Assembly (NCBI GenBank): GCA_965216785.1 | Contig: OZ244197.1 | Span: 2,944,001-3,008,000 of the forward strand | Reading direction: 5' to 3' | DNA length: 64,000 nt | Source of the DNA: Thermodesulfobacteriota bacterium | Lineage (GTDB): Bacteria; Desulfobacterota_D; UBA1144; Nemesobacterales; UBA2774 | Shown here: in pieces, positions 40,971 to 50,433 of the stretch | How positions within the stretch are numbered: the first letter of the stretch is position 1 | How the letters are laid out: each line of letters begins with the position of its first letter | The notes under the pieces: model-generated | What the model saw: the letters and a program-made list of their open reading frames with translations, nothing else | The model's database searches: none | What the model was told of the DNA's origin: nothing | Made by a program: the position numbers and the translations under genes

Positions 40971-42812
40971 TTATGTCCTCTTAAACATCCTCTCAATCTC
41001 TTGGTATGTCAGCTTATGCGCAACAGGTCTTCCGTGAGGGCAGGAGTGCGGGAACTCCGAGCGGTCAAGCTCTTTTAGCAGCGACTCCATTTTCTCTAAG
41101 TTAAGCTCAAAACTTGCTTTAATAGACGCGTGGCAGGCCATCGTAGAGATTACCCTTTCTATTCTTTCACTCAAGCTCTTCTCCCCTCCGCTCTCGGCTA
41201 TTTCGGCCAATATATCTTTGATAAGCCCCGAGTAATCTGTGGATTTAATAAGCGCGGGAGCTGAGCGCAGCACTACGGAGTTTTGACCGAAATCCTCTAC
41301 TCTGAGACCAAGCGACAAAAGCTCCTCACGGTGCTTTTCAATCAAATTGGCCTCATACGGAGATAGCTCTAAAACCACAGGAACAAGAAGCTCCTGCACC
41401 TGCACAGGACTTGATTCAAGATATGCGTTCTTAATTTTTTCATAATTAATTCTCTCATGCGCCGCGTGCTGATCTATAAGGATCATACCCTTCTCGTACG
41501 CGCAAACTATATAAAGATCACCAAGCTGTCCTATAATCTTTAAACTCGAATAAAAACCCTGGCCCCCGAAAAGCTCTTCCGTTTCATCATTGATCTCCTC
41601 CTGACCCGTACTGAATCGCGCTTGTGATGTATCAGGCGTTCTGTCTCGTAGATCCTCAGAGCCGATACGTCCTATACCTGAAAGACTATCGGGGTAAGAA
41701 GAGTCTTTGTCTTGATCGTTCTTGTATACGGGACTCCTAGAGTTATGGGAACTATAGTGCGGGCGGTATTCTCTACCAGAATACTCTTTTCGGGCCATAT
41801 TGTCCGTTTTCGCCCGGTAATCATTTAACCATGGGGCAGATCTCAGCATTTGCTCGATTGCGGATTTTATTAAATCCCCCACTATTCTGGTGTTCTGGAA
41901 CCTTACTTCACTCTTTGTCGGGTGTACGTTAACATCCACATCACTAAAGGGAATTTCAACATATAAAGCTCCCTGGGGAAACTTGCCTTTCTCGAGCATT
42001 TTACCGTAAGAGTCTATCAGTACGCGCGTAAGGAAGCGGTCCTTCACACCTCTTCCGTTTACGAAAGTAAAGAGTTTTTGAGTGTTCGATCTGGTATCAA
42101 GAGGGCTTGACATAAAGCCCTTTATTTTAATTCCATTTGCTCCGGCGCCTACCCTATGGAGCTCACATTTCGGAAATATTTCAGCCACTCTGTCTGAAGT
42201 TTTATCCCGTCTCCTGAGATTCAGCAGCACTCTCCCACCGTGCGTAAGCTCAAATGAAGTACCAGGGCTCGAGAGTGCCAAGCGCTCCGTGACAGCTAGC
42301 ACATTACTAAGCTCTGTCTCGGTCCTTTTCATAAACTTATGTCTTGCGGGAGTATTGAAGAAAAGGTTTTTAACCTCTATGATTGTCCCTCCGGGAGCGC
42401 CGGTTTCCTCAACTTTTTTTATCACCCCGCCCTGAATCTTAACTTCTGTTCCAATTACTTCGGCTCCGGGTTTTGTCGTCATTGTGAATCTGGAGACGCT
42501 CGCGATACTCGGGACGGCTTCTCCGCGAAAACCAAAAGAGCTTACAGAGAAAAGGTCATCCACATCCCTAATCTTACTTGTGGCGTGTCTTTCGAGTGAG
42601 AGTAGCGCCTCGTCCCTGCTCATTCCCTGCCCGTCGTCTGAAACCCTGACGAGCCTCTTGCCGCCTGCTTCAAGCTCTATTTTTATCGCCGTAGCGCCCG
42701 CGTCAAGCGAGTTCTCGACCAGCTCTTTAACGACAGAGGCGGGCCTTTCGACTATCTCTCCCGCTGCAATTTTTGAGACAAGATTATCTGGGAGTATCCT
42801 TATTTTTCCCAT
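40971..42812 (-). CDS. mutL: DNA mismatch repair endonuclease MutL
   Basis: IAAGEIVERPASVVKELVENSLDAGA, HATSKI, GFRGEA, DVNVHPTK, DQHAAHERI.YE, CPHGRP. Likely ATG at 42812. Confidence 0.96.
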   Translation of the reverse strand: MGKIRILPDNLVSKIAAGEIVERPASVVKELVENSLDAGATAIKIELEAGGKRLVRVSDDGQGMSRDEALLSLERHATSKIRDVDDLFSVSSFGFRGEAVPSIASVSRFTMTTKPGAEVIGTEVKIQGGVIKKVEETGAPGGTIIEVKNLFFNTPARHKFMKRTETELSNVLAVTERLALSSPGTSFELTHGGRVLLNLRRRDKTSDRVAEIFPKCELHRVGAGANGIKIKGFMSSPLDTRSNTQKLFTFVNGRGVKDRFLTRVLIDSYGKMLEKGKFPQGALYVEIPFSDVDVNVHPTKSEVRFQNTRIVGDLIKSAIEQMLRSAPWLNDYRAKTDNMARKEYSGREYRPHYSSHNSRSPVYKNDQDKDSSYPDSLSGIGRIGSEDLRDRTPDTSQARFSTGQEEINDETEELFGGQGFYSSLKIIGQLGDLYIVCAYEKGMILIDQHAAHERINYEKIKNAYLESSPVQVQELLVPVVLELSPYEANLIEKHREELLSLGLRVEDFGQNSVVLRSAPALIKSTDYSGLIKDILAEIAESGGEKSLSERIERVISTMACHASIKASFELNLEKMESLLKELDRSEFPHSCPHGRPVAHKLTYQEIERMFKRT

Positions 42813-42930
42813 CTTCAAGCACCCCGGCAAAACGCCTTCTGCATACATCCAAAGTCATATTTCAAGACCGAAGCCGCCCATTGTCTAGTAGTAAATTCAG
42901 GCAATACTCTCGGCGTGAGCTGTGACTATG

Positions 42931-43089
42931 TCAGAATATCTTAAATAAGAGGACCGTAATAAAAAATAGCGTCGGCACGACAACGCACGCAATAGACAAT
43001 ACTGTATATAGAGAAAGCGTTGTTTTAGCCTTGACTCCGTATACGTCATTTGCGTGGTTTTTTAAAATCTTAAAATATTGATTCAGCAT
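42931..43089 (-). CDS. Putative 52-aa small membrane protein (below ORF-track cutoff)
   Basis: Hand translation: MLNQYFKILKNHANDVYGVKAKTTLSLYTVLSIACVVVPTLFFITVLLFKIF*. Single C-terminal hydrophobic helix; no clear RBS. Confidence 0.35.
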   Translation of the reverse strand: MLNQYFKILKNHANDVYGVKAKTTLSLYTVLSIACVVVPTLFFITVLLFKIF

Positions 43090-43278
43090 AGACTGTGTAT
43101 ATATTACACGAATTCCAGGGCTTCAGATATACTACGGATCAATACCGTTCCACTCTCTTAAATTTTACAAACGCTCATATCAGAAAAGATTTTATTTCAG
43201 AAAAACGGTATGCTACTATTTAAAATTGTATTATGTATAATCTTAGTTCGGACCGGCATATAAATCTAAGGAGTTAAC

Positions 43279-44730
43279 ATGCATTTCATACCCAGACCGC
43301 AATCAAAAAAACTGGTTTCAAAAATATCGGCGAAAAGTATTTTCATCATGATACTGCTGACTGTCTTCGCTTTGGGGCTCTACGCAAACAGGGCTGATGC
43401 GAAAAGGAAGGTGAACCCCGAACAAGCAGATAGAGTAATTGTGGTAAAGGATTACAAATGGGCCTCGGGCGGTAAGGGCAGACCCGGTATAATGCAGGAA
43501 ATAACACTTGAGAACAAAGGGAAGATGGACTATCAAAATATCGAAGTTGAAGTCGATTTCTACACTACAAACGATATCCCCCTTGGCTCACTCAGATCTA
43601 CGATAAGAGAAGTGCTGCCCGCAGGCAGTGAAAAGACGTTCTACAATCTGAATTTTGGCATGATGCACTCTGAGCTCAAGAACAGCATTGCCAGAGTCGC
43701 CGGCGCCGAAGTGATTGAGAAAGGCACTCCGACCAAGGCGAAAGACCTGATACTTGTAAAGAGCTGGGAATGGACAGGCGGTCAGTACGGCACGGAGGGA
43801 ATAATAAAGGAACTTACTCTTGAGAATAACAGTACTGAGAACTGGAAAGACATTAAGATCAGGATTGACTTCCTGGGACTCAGCGGAGGCAAGGTAGGCG
43901 TAAGGGGATTTACAAGTAGAGCAATAATACATGACATACTCCCGGCAAAGAGCACGCGGACATATGAGGGTATTAACGTAGGATTCCGCCACCCGGACGC
44001 AAAGGAAGTATCTATCAGCGTCATGGGTGCTAAGGAGATTTCCGAAAAAGAGGTCAGGTACCGCCAAGCAAAAAAAGACGGAAAGTCTCCAAGGAGTGTA
44101 AGGAAGAAAAAAGGCTCGCCCAAGGACAGCGACGGTGAGGATCTTGATCCTGAATACTACTCGGCTGACGGGGAGAAACTCTCCCTTTCCCAAAGATATA
44201 AAAGGAAGCTCGAGAAAGAACAGGGTCTTCCAGAAGGCAGCCTGAGCGAGGACACCTCGGGTGAAATAGCAAGCTACGATCCGGGCGATCAAGAGTCTAT
44301 GTCAGTCAGGGATATTATAACAAAACCTTCTGCCCGGGGTTACACTACCGCTCAAACAGGGGACGGCGAATATGAGGACTATGGAGACGAGGGCGAGTAC
44401 GAATATGAGGAAGAGGTACCTCTGCCTAGGGATGACATTATAGTTGAGGACTTTGTCTGGGGCGGCGGGGTAACTCAGACCATAGGATTCTTCAGAGAGA
44501 TTACACTTCAGAATATTAGCAGCATCGACTACACAAAAATCGACCTCAAGGTGGATTTCTTTTCCTTTACAGAGGAAACCCCTATGTTCTCTAATAGAGT
44601 CACGATTGTCGAAGTACTGCCCGCTCACAGTAAGAAGACTTTCAAGAACGTAAAAGCGGGATATCTAAACGCCATACCGGAAGAAGTGCGTGTGGAAGTT
44701 CTGGACGCAATTCCTTTCAGCCAGTATTAG
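43279..44730 (+). CDS. Exported protein with three FxLYD-like beta-sandwich repeats
   Basis: Signal/TM segment; three copies of W..GG.....I..ITLEN....Y..I...VDF.......I.EVLPA.S..TF..V..G; AAGGAG RBS. Confidence 0.7.
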   Translation: MHFIPRPQSKKLVSKISAKSIFIMILLTVFALGLYANRADAKRKVNPEQADRVIVVKDYKWASGGKGRPGIMQEITLENKGKMDYQNIEVEVDFYTTNDIPLGSLRSTIREVLPAGSEKTFYNLNFGMMHSELKNSIARVAGAEVIEKGTPTKAKDLILVKSWEWTGGQYGTEGIIKELTLENNSTENWKDIKIRIDFLGLSGGKVGVRGFTSRAIIHDILPAKSTRTYEGINVGFRHPDAKEVSISVMGAKEISEKEVRYRQAKKDGKSPRSVRKKKGSPKDSDGEDLDPEYYSADGEKLSLSQRYKRKLEKEQGLPEGSLSEDTSGEIASYDPGDQESMSVRDIITKPSARGYTTAQTGDGEYEDYGDEGEYEYEEEVPLPRDDIIVEDFVWGGGVTQTIGFFREITLQNISSIDYTKIDLKVDFFSFTEETPMFSNRVTIVEVLPAHSKKTFKNVKAGYLNAIPEEVRVEVLDAIPFSQY

Positions 44731-44747
44731 CTCTCTGAATTTTAGAG

Positions 44748-45824
44748 TTAAAATAAATCAAGCTGTGTACCGCATGGCCTTCTGAAATGATCAGTCGATA
44801 AAGAAACCTTCTCCTGGTTAAGCCCCGACTTTTTGCAAGAGAGCTGAAACATATTCTTTACCTGTTCTGCGAATATCCCCTCTCCCTTCATTCTAGAATG
44901 AAATTCGGCGCTGTTGAGATTCCCGCCTCTGACAGACTTAATCCTATTCAGCACCTTGTCCTTTCTGTCCGGGAAATACCTCTCAAGCCAGTTTGTGAAG
45001 ATATCCGAGACTCCGTACGGGAGTCTCAGCATTATATATCCCGCCCCTATAGCGCCCGCATCGGCCGCTGCTTGAAGTAAGCTCGGGAGCTCATGGTCTG
45101 TGAGTCCGGGTATTACGGGGGCTACCATTACGATCACCGGAACGCCCTCTCTTGAGAGCTCTTCAATAGCGCGCAGCCGTAGTTTTGGCTCTGATGTGCG
45201 GGGCTCCATAACCCTTTTAAGCTCAGGGTCCAGTGTGGTTATAGATAGGGCCACAAGAGCACCCTGCCAATGCGCGCACTCTTTCAAAATATCCTTGTCC
45301 CGCGTTACCAAATAGTTCTTTGTTACGATGCCCACGGGGTTTTTAAACTCGGCCAGAACCTTAAGACACCTGCGTGTAAGCTCAAAACGCTTCTCAGCAG
45401 GCTGATAACAGTCGGTATTGCCGCTAATAGCGATAGTCTCGGGGTTATACCCAGGAGAGCCGAGCTCTTTCCTTAAGAGCTCAGGAGCGTCTTCTTTTAC
45501 GAAGATGTTTGTCTCGAAATCAAGGCCCAGGGAAAAACCCAGAAATTCGTGAGACGGACGGGCATAGCAGTAAATACATCCGTGCTCACACCCTCGGTAA
45601 GGGTTAATACCCGCGTTAAACCCCACATCCGGGCTGTCGTTATATGTAATTATCGATTTTGCTGTGTCTTTGTAGAAAAGAGTCTTAGGCGATATACCTT
45701 CCCTAATCTCGTCCTCCGAAGGCTCAAACTCTATCTGCTCGAAACGGTTGGCCGGATTCTCCCCTGACCCCCTGCCCTTAATGCCAGGAATATTAGTGCT
45801 CAAAGATAGTCCCCTATCGGCCAA
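44748..45824 (-). CDS. PA0069/Rv2578c-family radical SAM protein (spore-photoproduct-lyase-like)
   Basis: KGRG..NP.NRF, NPYRGCEHGCIYCYARPSH, NTDCYQPAE, MEPRT. Confidence 0.88.
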   Translation of the reverse strand: MADRGLSLSTNIPGIKGRGSGENPANRFEQIEFEPSEDEIREGISPKTLFYKDTAKSIITYNDSPDVGFNAGINPYRGCEHGCIYCYARPSHEFLGFSLGLDFETNIFVKEDAPELLRKELGSPGYNPETIAISGNTDCYQPAEKRFELTRRCLKVLAEFKNPVGIVTKNYLVTRDKDILKECAHWQGALVALSITTLDPELKRVMEPRTSEPKLRLRAIEELSREGVPVIVMVAPVIPGLTDHELPSLLQAAADAGAIGAGYIMLRLPYGVSDIFTNWLERYFPDRKDKVLNRIKSVRGGNLNSAEFHSRMKGEGIFAEQVKNMFQLSCKKSGLNQEKVSLSTDHFRRPCGTQLDLF

Positions 45825-45921
45825 AAAGATAAAAAGAAACCCATAAGAAAATTATAAAAGATGGTGAGCGATATTAATATAGGGTTTATTGCTGCTAATG
45901 TGAGTGTTATGAGATAGCCCT

Positions 45922-47016
45922 TTAAGAAGGCTCGGCAAATGTCTCAAGCTCTTTTACTAGCTCATCTACAATCTGGCTTTCTTTAAAAGAGCGCACCAGC
46001 TTACCGTCTTTGTAGAGCATCCCCTTTCCTCTTCCGCCCGCAATGCCGATGTCCGCTTCAGAAGCCTCTCCCGGGCCGTTTACTACACAGCCCAATATGG
46101 CTACTTTAATGGGTCTTGGCAGGTTGATATTGGAAATTCTGTCCTCGACATCTTTAACGAGCTTCATGAGGTCAATCTCGAGCCTTCCGCATCCGGGGCA
46201 CGATATAAGCTCAATCCCGTTCTGCCTCAGGCCAAGTGACTTAAGAATATTAAGCCCCACCACTATCTCGTCCACAGGGTCTCCGGTAAGAGATACCCTT
46301 ATAGTATCGCCAATTCCCTCAGCCAGCAGTGTGCCGATGCCGATTGAAGATTTAATCGTACCCAGCTCATAAGTGCCGGCCTCTGTTACTCCCAGATGAA
46401 GCGGGTATTCACACATTTTAGCCAACAGCTTATATGCGGCGATCATTTTTTTGACGTCTGTAGACTTAACCGAAATTTTTATGTCCCTGTAGTCAAAGTC
46501 TTCAAGTATACGTACGTGACGCATAGCGCTCTCGGCAAGCGCCTCGGCAGTGGGTGAGCCGTATTTTTTTAGTATGTCTTTTTCGAGTGAGCCGGAGTTC
46601 ACGCCGATCCTGATCGGAACTCCTCTTTCTTTAACTGCGTCCACAACAGCTTTTATCCTGTATTTGGCTCCGATGTTTCCGGGGTTGATCCTCATTCCGT
46701 CCACACCCTGTCTTACGGCTTCTAGCGCGAGCTTATAGTCAAAATGAATGTCTGAAACTATTGGTATCCGGGTCTGGCCCTTTATCTCGCCAAGGGCTTT
46801 TGCGGCGTCCATATCAGGTACAGCAAGCCGCACGATATCGCAGCCCGCAGCCTCTAAGCGCTTTATCTCATCCACCGTGGAGGCTACATCCCGCGTATCT
46901 GTTTTAGTCATAGACTGGACGGTAACGGGCGCACCGCCCCCGACTTTTACTCCGCCTAAATCAATCTGTCTTGAAGATCTATTCATTTCCGCCTGAGAAT
47001 ATTTTGATATTCCCAA
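45922..47016 (-). CDS. ispG: 4-hydroxy-3-methylbut-2-en-1-yl diphosphate synthase
   Basis: VQSMT, DIHFD, RINPGNIG, RIGVNSGSL, HLGVTEAG, SCPGCGR, GCVVNGPGEA. Confidence 0.96.
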   Translation of the reverse strand: MGISKYSQAEMNRSSRQIDLGGVKVGGGAPVTVQSMTKTDTRDVASTVDEIKRLEAAGCDIVRLAVPDMDAAKALGEIKGQTRIPIVSDIHFDYKLALEAVRQGVDGMRINPGNIGAKYRIKAVVDAVKERGVPIRIGVNSGSLEKDILKKYGSPTAEALAESAMRHVRILEDFDYRDIKISVKSTDVKKMIAAYKLLAKMCEYPLHLGVTEAGTYELGTIKSSIGIGTLLAEGIGDTIRVSLTGDPVDEIVVGLNILKSLGLRQNGIELISCPGCGRLEIDLMKLVKDVEDRISNINLPRPIKVAILGCVVNGPGEASEADIGIAGGRGKGMLYKDGKLVRSFKESQIVDELVKELETFAEPS

Positions 47017-47054
47017 TAATAATATATGTGTAACAGCCTATTGCAAAAGATAAA

Positions 47055-49346
47055 TTAAGGGGTTTCTGTATTCGGTGTAGAAGCTTCAGAATCTTGTTTT
47101 TTAGCTCCTTTTGATTTTGGGTGTTGTTTCCCCTCTATTATATTCCCATTCTCATCGATATTTTTTATATTCCTGCACCTGGGATAACCAGTGCATCCGA
47201 GAAATTTCCCGTAGCGGCCCTTTCTAACTGCCATCGCTTTACCGCACTTCTCACACTTAATGTCTTCGCGGATCTCGGGCTCCTCTTTTTCAATGACCTT
47301 AATGTTGCCTTCGGGGTCAAGCTCAAAAGCCTTAGCATTTTTACATTCCGGGTATCCTGAGCATGCCAGAAACTCACCGCGTCTCCCGGTTTTTATAACC
47401 ATCGGACGGCTGCACTTCTCACACTTAATATCTTCGCGTAGCTCAGGCTCCGCTCTTTCTATAATCTTTATCTTCCCCTCTTCATCATACTCAAAGGCCT
47501 TGGCGTTTTTACACTCCGGGTACTTTGAGCATGAGAGAAACTCTCCGTTTCTTCCCCACTTGATAATCATATTCGAGTGGCACAGGTCACACTCAATATC
47601 TGTTGCTATACCGTCCTTTCGGAGACTCTTCATCGAATCGTCCGCGCCCTCGAGCCTGGTGGAAAAACCGTCATAGAACTTTTTAAGGAGTTCTACCCAG
47701 TTCACACTCCCCTCTTCCACATCATCTAGCTTCTCTTCCATTTCCGCTGTGAACTGAACATCCATAATCTCGGGGAACCCCTGGATTAATAAATCACTCA
47801 CTGAGCAGCCAAGCAGTGTGGGCTTGAGCCTCTGCTTTTCTCTCTCAACATACTCACGGTCCTGAATTGTGGACAGTATGCTCGCATAGGTAGACGGGCG
47901 GCCTATCCCCTTTTCCTCAAGCTCTTTTACGAGTGAGCTTTCGGTGAACCTCGGGGGAGGCTGGGTGAAGTGCTGTTTGCCTTCAACATTTAATAGATCG
48001 AGGTTATCTCCTTTATTAAGATCAGGGAGCTTCTTTAGTTCATCTTTTTCTTTAGCTTCCTCTTCTTCCTCTTTACCTTCCAAGTAAACCGCTGAAAAGC
48101 CTGGGAATTTTATAATCGACCCTGTTGCCCTGAAAAGTCCCGGGCCTGCTTTAATCTCGGCTGTAGTCTGGTCATAGATCATAGGCTTCATCTGTGAGGC
48201 TACGAACCTCTGCCAAATGAGTTTGTAGAGCTTATATTCCTCTTCCGTAAGATAGCTCTTAATAGAGTCCGGAAGCTTATCGACAAAAGTGGGCCTGACG
48301 GCTTCGTGAGCGTCCTGCGCCGCTTTCTTTACTTTAAAGGAGTTTGGCTTATCCGGCAGATAATCCGCGCCGTAGGACTCTTTGATTAAGTTTCTCGCTT
48401 CTTCAACTGCGCTCGGGGAAATCCTGACCGAGTCTGTCCTCATATAAGTAATCAGACCGACCGGGCCCTCGTCTCCGAGGCCTATACCCTCGTATAGCTT
48501 TTGCGCTATGGACATAGTTCTTTTCGGGTTATATCTGAGCTTTCTAGATGCCTCTTGCTGCAAAGTGCTTGTAATAAATGGAGGTAAAGTGTTTCGCTTT
48601 TTATCTTTTCTCTCAACCGAGGTAACGGTGAAAGGCTCTTCCCTTACAGCGTCGAGTATTTTATTCGCCTGCTCTTCGTTTGATATCTCGGCCTTCTCTC
48701 CATCAAATTTTGCAAGGGCCGCAGTAAATGAAGCACCCGGCTCGTCCTGCGCCCTCTTTAACTCTGACTCGATGGACCAGTATTCGACTTTATTAAAAGC
48801 TTCAATTTCGCGTTCCCGCTCTACTATTATTCTGAGCGCAACGCTCTGTACTCTGCCCGCGCTGAGCCCCTTTCTTACCTTTTTCCATAGAATCGGGCTC
48901 ACTTGATAGCCTACAAGACGGTCAAGCACACGGCGGGCCTGCTGGGCTTCAAAACGCTCCTTGCTGAGCTCCGTAGGATTGTCAATCGAGTCTTTTACTG
49001 CGCTCTTGGTTATTTCATGTATAAGCACCCTATGCGAGCGGTCCTGTATACCGAGCTCATTCGCGATGTGCCAAGCTATGGCCTCGCCTTCACGGTCAGG
49101 GTCAGAGGCAAGATACACCTGATCCGCATTCTTGGCGGCTTTTTTTAGTTTATCCAGATACTTTCCCTTACCCCTAATCACCACATATTGAGGATTGAAG
49201 TCGTTTTCCACGTCCACACCGAGCTTACTGCTCGGAAGGTCAATAAGGTGGCCTGACGAAGCCTCCACACTGAAGTCGTCACCAAGGTACTTTTTTATTG
49301 TTTTAGCCTTTGCCGGAGACTCAACTATTACTAGCGATTTAGACAT
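47055..49346 (-). CDS. topA: DNA topoisomerase I
   Basis: VIVESPAKAKTI, DPDREGEAI, SAGRVQS, LITYMRTDS, GIGRPSTY; three C4 zinc ribbons. Confidence 0.97.
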   Translation of the reverse strand: MSKSLVIVESPAKAKTIKKYLGDDFSVEASSGHLIDLPSSKLGVDVENDFNPQYVVIRGKGKYLDKLKKAAKNADQVYLASDPDREGEAIAWHIANELGIQDRSHRVLIHEITKSAVKDSIDNPTELSKERFEAQQARRVLDRLVGYQVSPILWKKVRKGLSAGRVQSVALRIIVEREREIEAFNKVEYWSIESELKRAQDEPGASFTAALAKFDGEKAEISNEEQANKILDAVREEPFTVTSVERKDKKRNTLPPFITSTLQQEASRKLRYNPKRTMSIAQKLYEGIGLGDEGPVGLITYMRTDSVRISPSAVEEARNLIKESYGADYLPDKPNSFKVKKAAQDAHEAVRPTFVDKLPDSIKSYLTEEEYKLYKLIWQRFVASQMKPMIYDQTTAEIKAGPGLFRATGSIIKFPGFSAVYLEGKEEEEEAKEKDELKKLPDLNKGDNLDLLNVEGKQHFTQPPPRFTESSLVKELEEKGIGRPSTYASILSTIQDREYVEREKQRLKPTLLGCSVSDLLIQGFPEIMDVQFTAEMEEKLDDVEEGSVNWVELLKKFYDGFSTRLEGADDSMKSLRKDGIATDIECDLCHSNMIIKWGRNGEFLSCSKYPECKNAKAFEYDEEGKIKIIERAEPELREDIKCEKCSRPMVIKTGRRGEFLACSGYPECKNAKAFELDPEGNIKVIEKEEPEIREDIKCEKCGKAMAVRKGRYGKFLGCTGYPRCRNIKNIDENGNIIEGKQHPKSKGAKKQDSEASTPNTETP

Positions 49347-49555
49347 TTAACCTCCATGAGTCGGTACATATATAGTAAAGAGTAATCATAATCGGAATAG
49401 ATTCAACGTACTAATTTTTTACACTGGCATTTTACCTGAATTTAAATATATGCAAACATAAACAGGATATTTAATGATCCGGAATGGATTCAACAAGAAA
49501 AATAAACTTAGTAATACTGTTAAAGAATGACGCTTAAGTGCCTTTTACTAAATAA

Positions 49556-49577
49556 AAAGGAAGCTGGAGCTTCCTTT
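49556..49577. other. Perfect inverted repeat AAAGGAAGCT-GG-AGCTTCCTTT
   Basis: 10-bp arms in the divergent topA/LuxR intergenic region; role (terminator or operator) unknown. Confidence 0.4.
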
Positions 49578-49830
49578 CCATCATCTTTTCTACAGTCTCA
49601 GAATATTATTATCAGACTGCGGCAGCTCTCCTTCCATACCACACTTCTGGAAATGAAATTTAATCTATTACCGTTTGGAGCATCCAACCTAACAACCTTG
49701 TTTGGGACTATGACGTAAGAGAGCCAGAATAAATATTAATACACACAAAATTCATAACGGCATTATAATTTTAGAGGGGATGAATCCACATTACACGGTG
49801 AAAACGTAATCAATATAGAAGGCAGCTATT

Positions 49831-50424
49831 ATGTCTAAAAATACAATAGAGATATTAATCATATCGGAGTCAAAGCTCCTTATCGACGGTATTCGTAAGA
49901 TCCTAGAGCCGGAACTCTTTATAAAGGTTATTGCGGATCTATCCGAGATAAAGCAAGTTCAGAGCTTTATGGATGAAAACGAACCTGACTACATATTCCT
50001 TGATAAGAGGGTACAGGACCCCGGTATTGAAAAGTTCCTTCTCACAAAAAAAATTAAGTCCAAGGGCACTGAAGTAATTCTTTTATCCGATGAAAATGAC
50101 AAAAACCCCGGGAGCTTCATAACAGTGAACCAGAGTACAAGTGCCGCTGAGTTGGTTGATATTATTAAAAACAACAGGAAAATTCATAAAGACTCGATTG
50201 TAAAAAACATAATCATCAAAGAACCTGAGACTAACGTTACTAAGACAGAGTCTCGAATTATTAACCTCGTAACTTCGGGCCATACGAATAAAGAAATAGC
50301 CGAAAAGCTAAAGGTGAGCGAGAAAACCATTAAAGCGCACGTTACAAGCATATTCACCAAGCTCAACCTTCAAAACCGATACCAGCTCATGGTCTACGGA
50401 AGAAGAAAGGCGAAAAAGGTTTAG
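49831..50424 (+). CDS. LuxR/NarL-family regulator with degenerate receiver domain
   Basis: C-terminal T..E..I...V.SG.TNKEIA..L.VSEKTIK.H...IF.KL. The receiver lacks the acidic pair (IISES). Confidence 0.85.
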   Translation: MSKNTIEILIISESKLLIDGIRKILEPELFIKVIADLSEIKQVQSFMDENEPDYIFLDKRVQDPGIEKFLLTKKIKSKGTEVILLSDENDKNPGSFITVNQSTSAAELVDIIKNNRKIHKDSIVKNIIIKEPETNVTKTESRIINLVTSGHTNKEIAEKLKVSEKTIKAHVTSIFTKLNLQNRYQLMVYGRRKAKKV

Positions 50425-50433
50425 AAAGCCCGT

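Noticed and set aside
42999-43110. LexA/SOS box upstream of mutL (CTGT-ATAT-like sequences)
   Set aside because: Neither CTGT is closed by ACAG at the N8 spacing, and the LexA motif of this lineage is unknown to me.
43588-44292. 234-aa antisense ORF (and similar antisense ORFs inside cusA, pnp, infB, topA and others)
   Set aside because: Fully overlaps a well-supported gene on the opposite strand and shows no recognisable motifs.
49527-49718. 63-aa ORF upstream of the LuxR gene
   Set aside because: No RBS or recognisable motif, and it spans an inverted repeat; more likely regulatory DNA.
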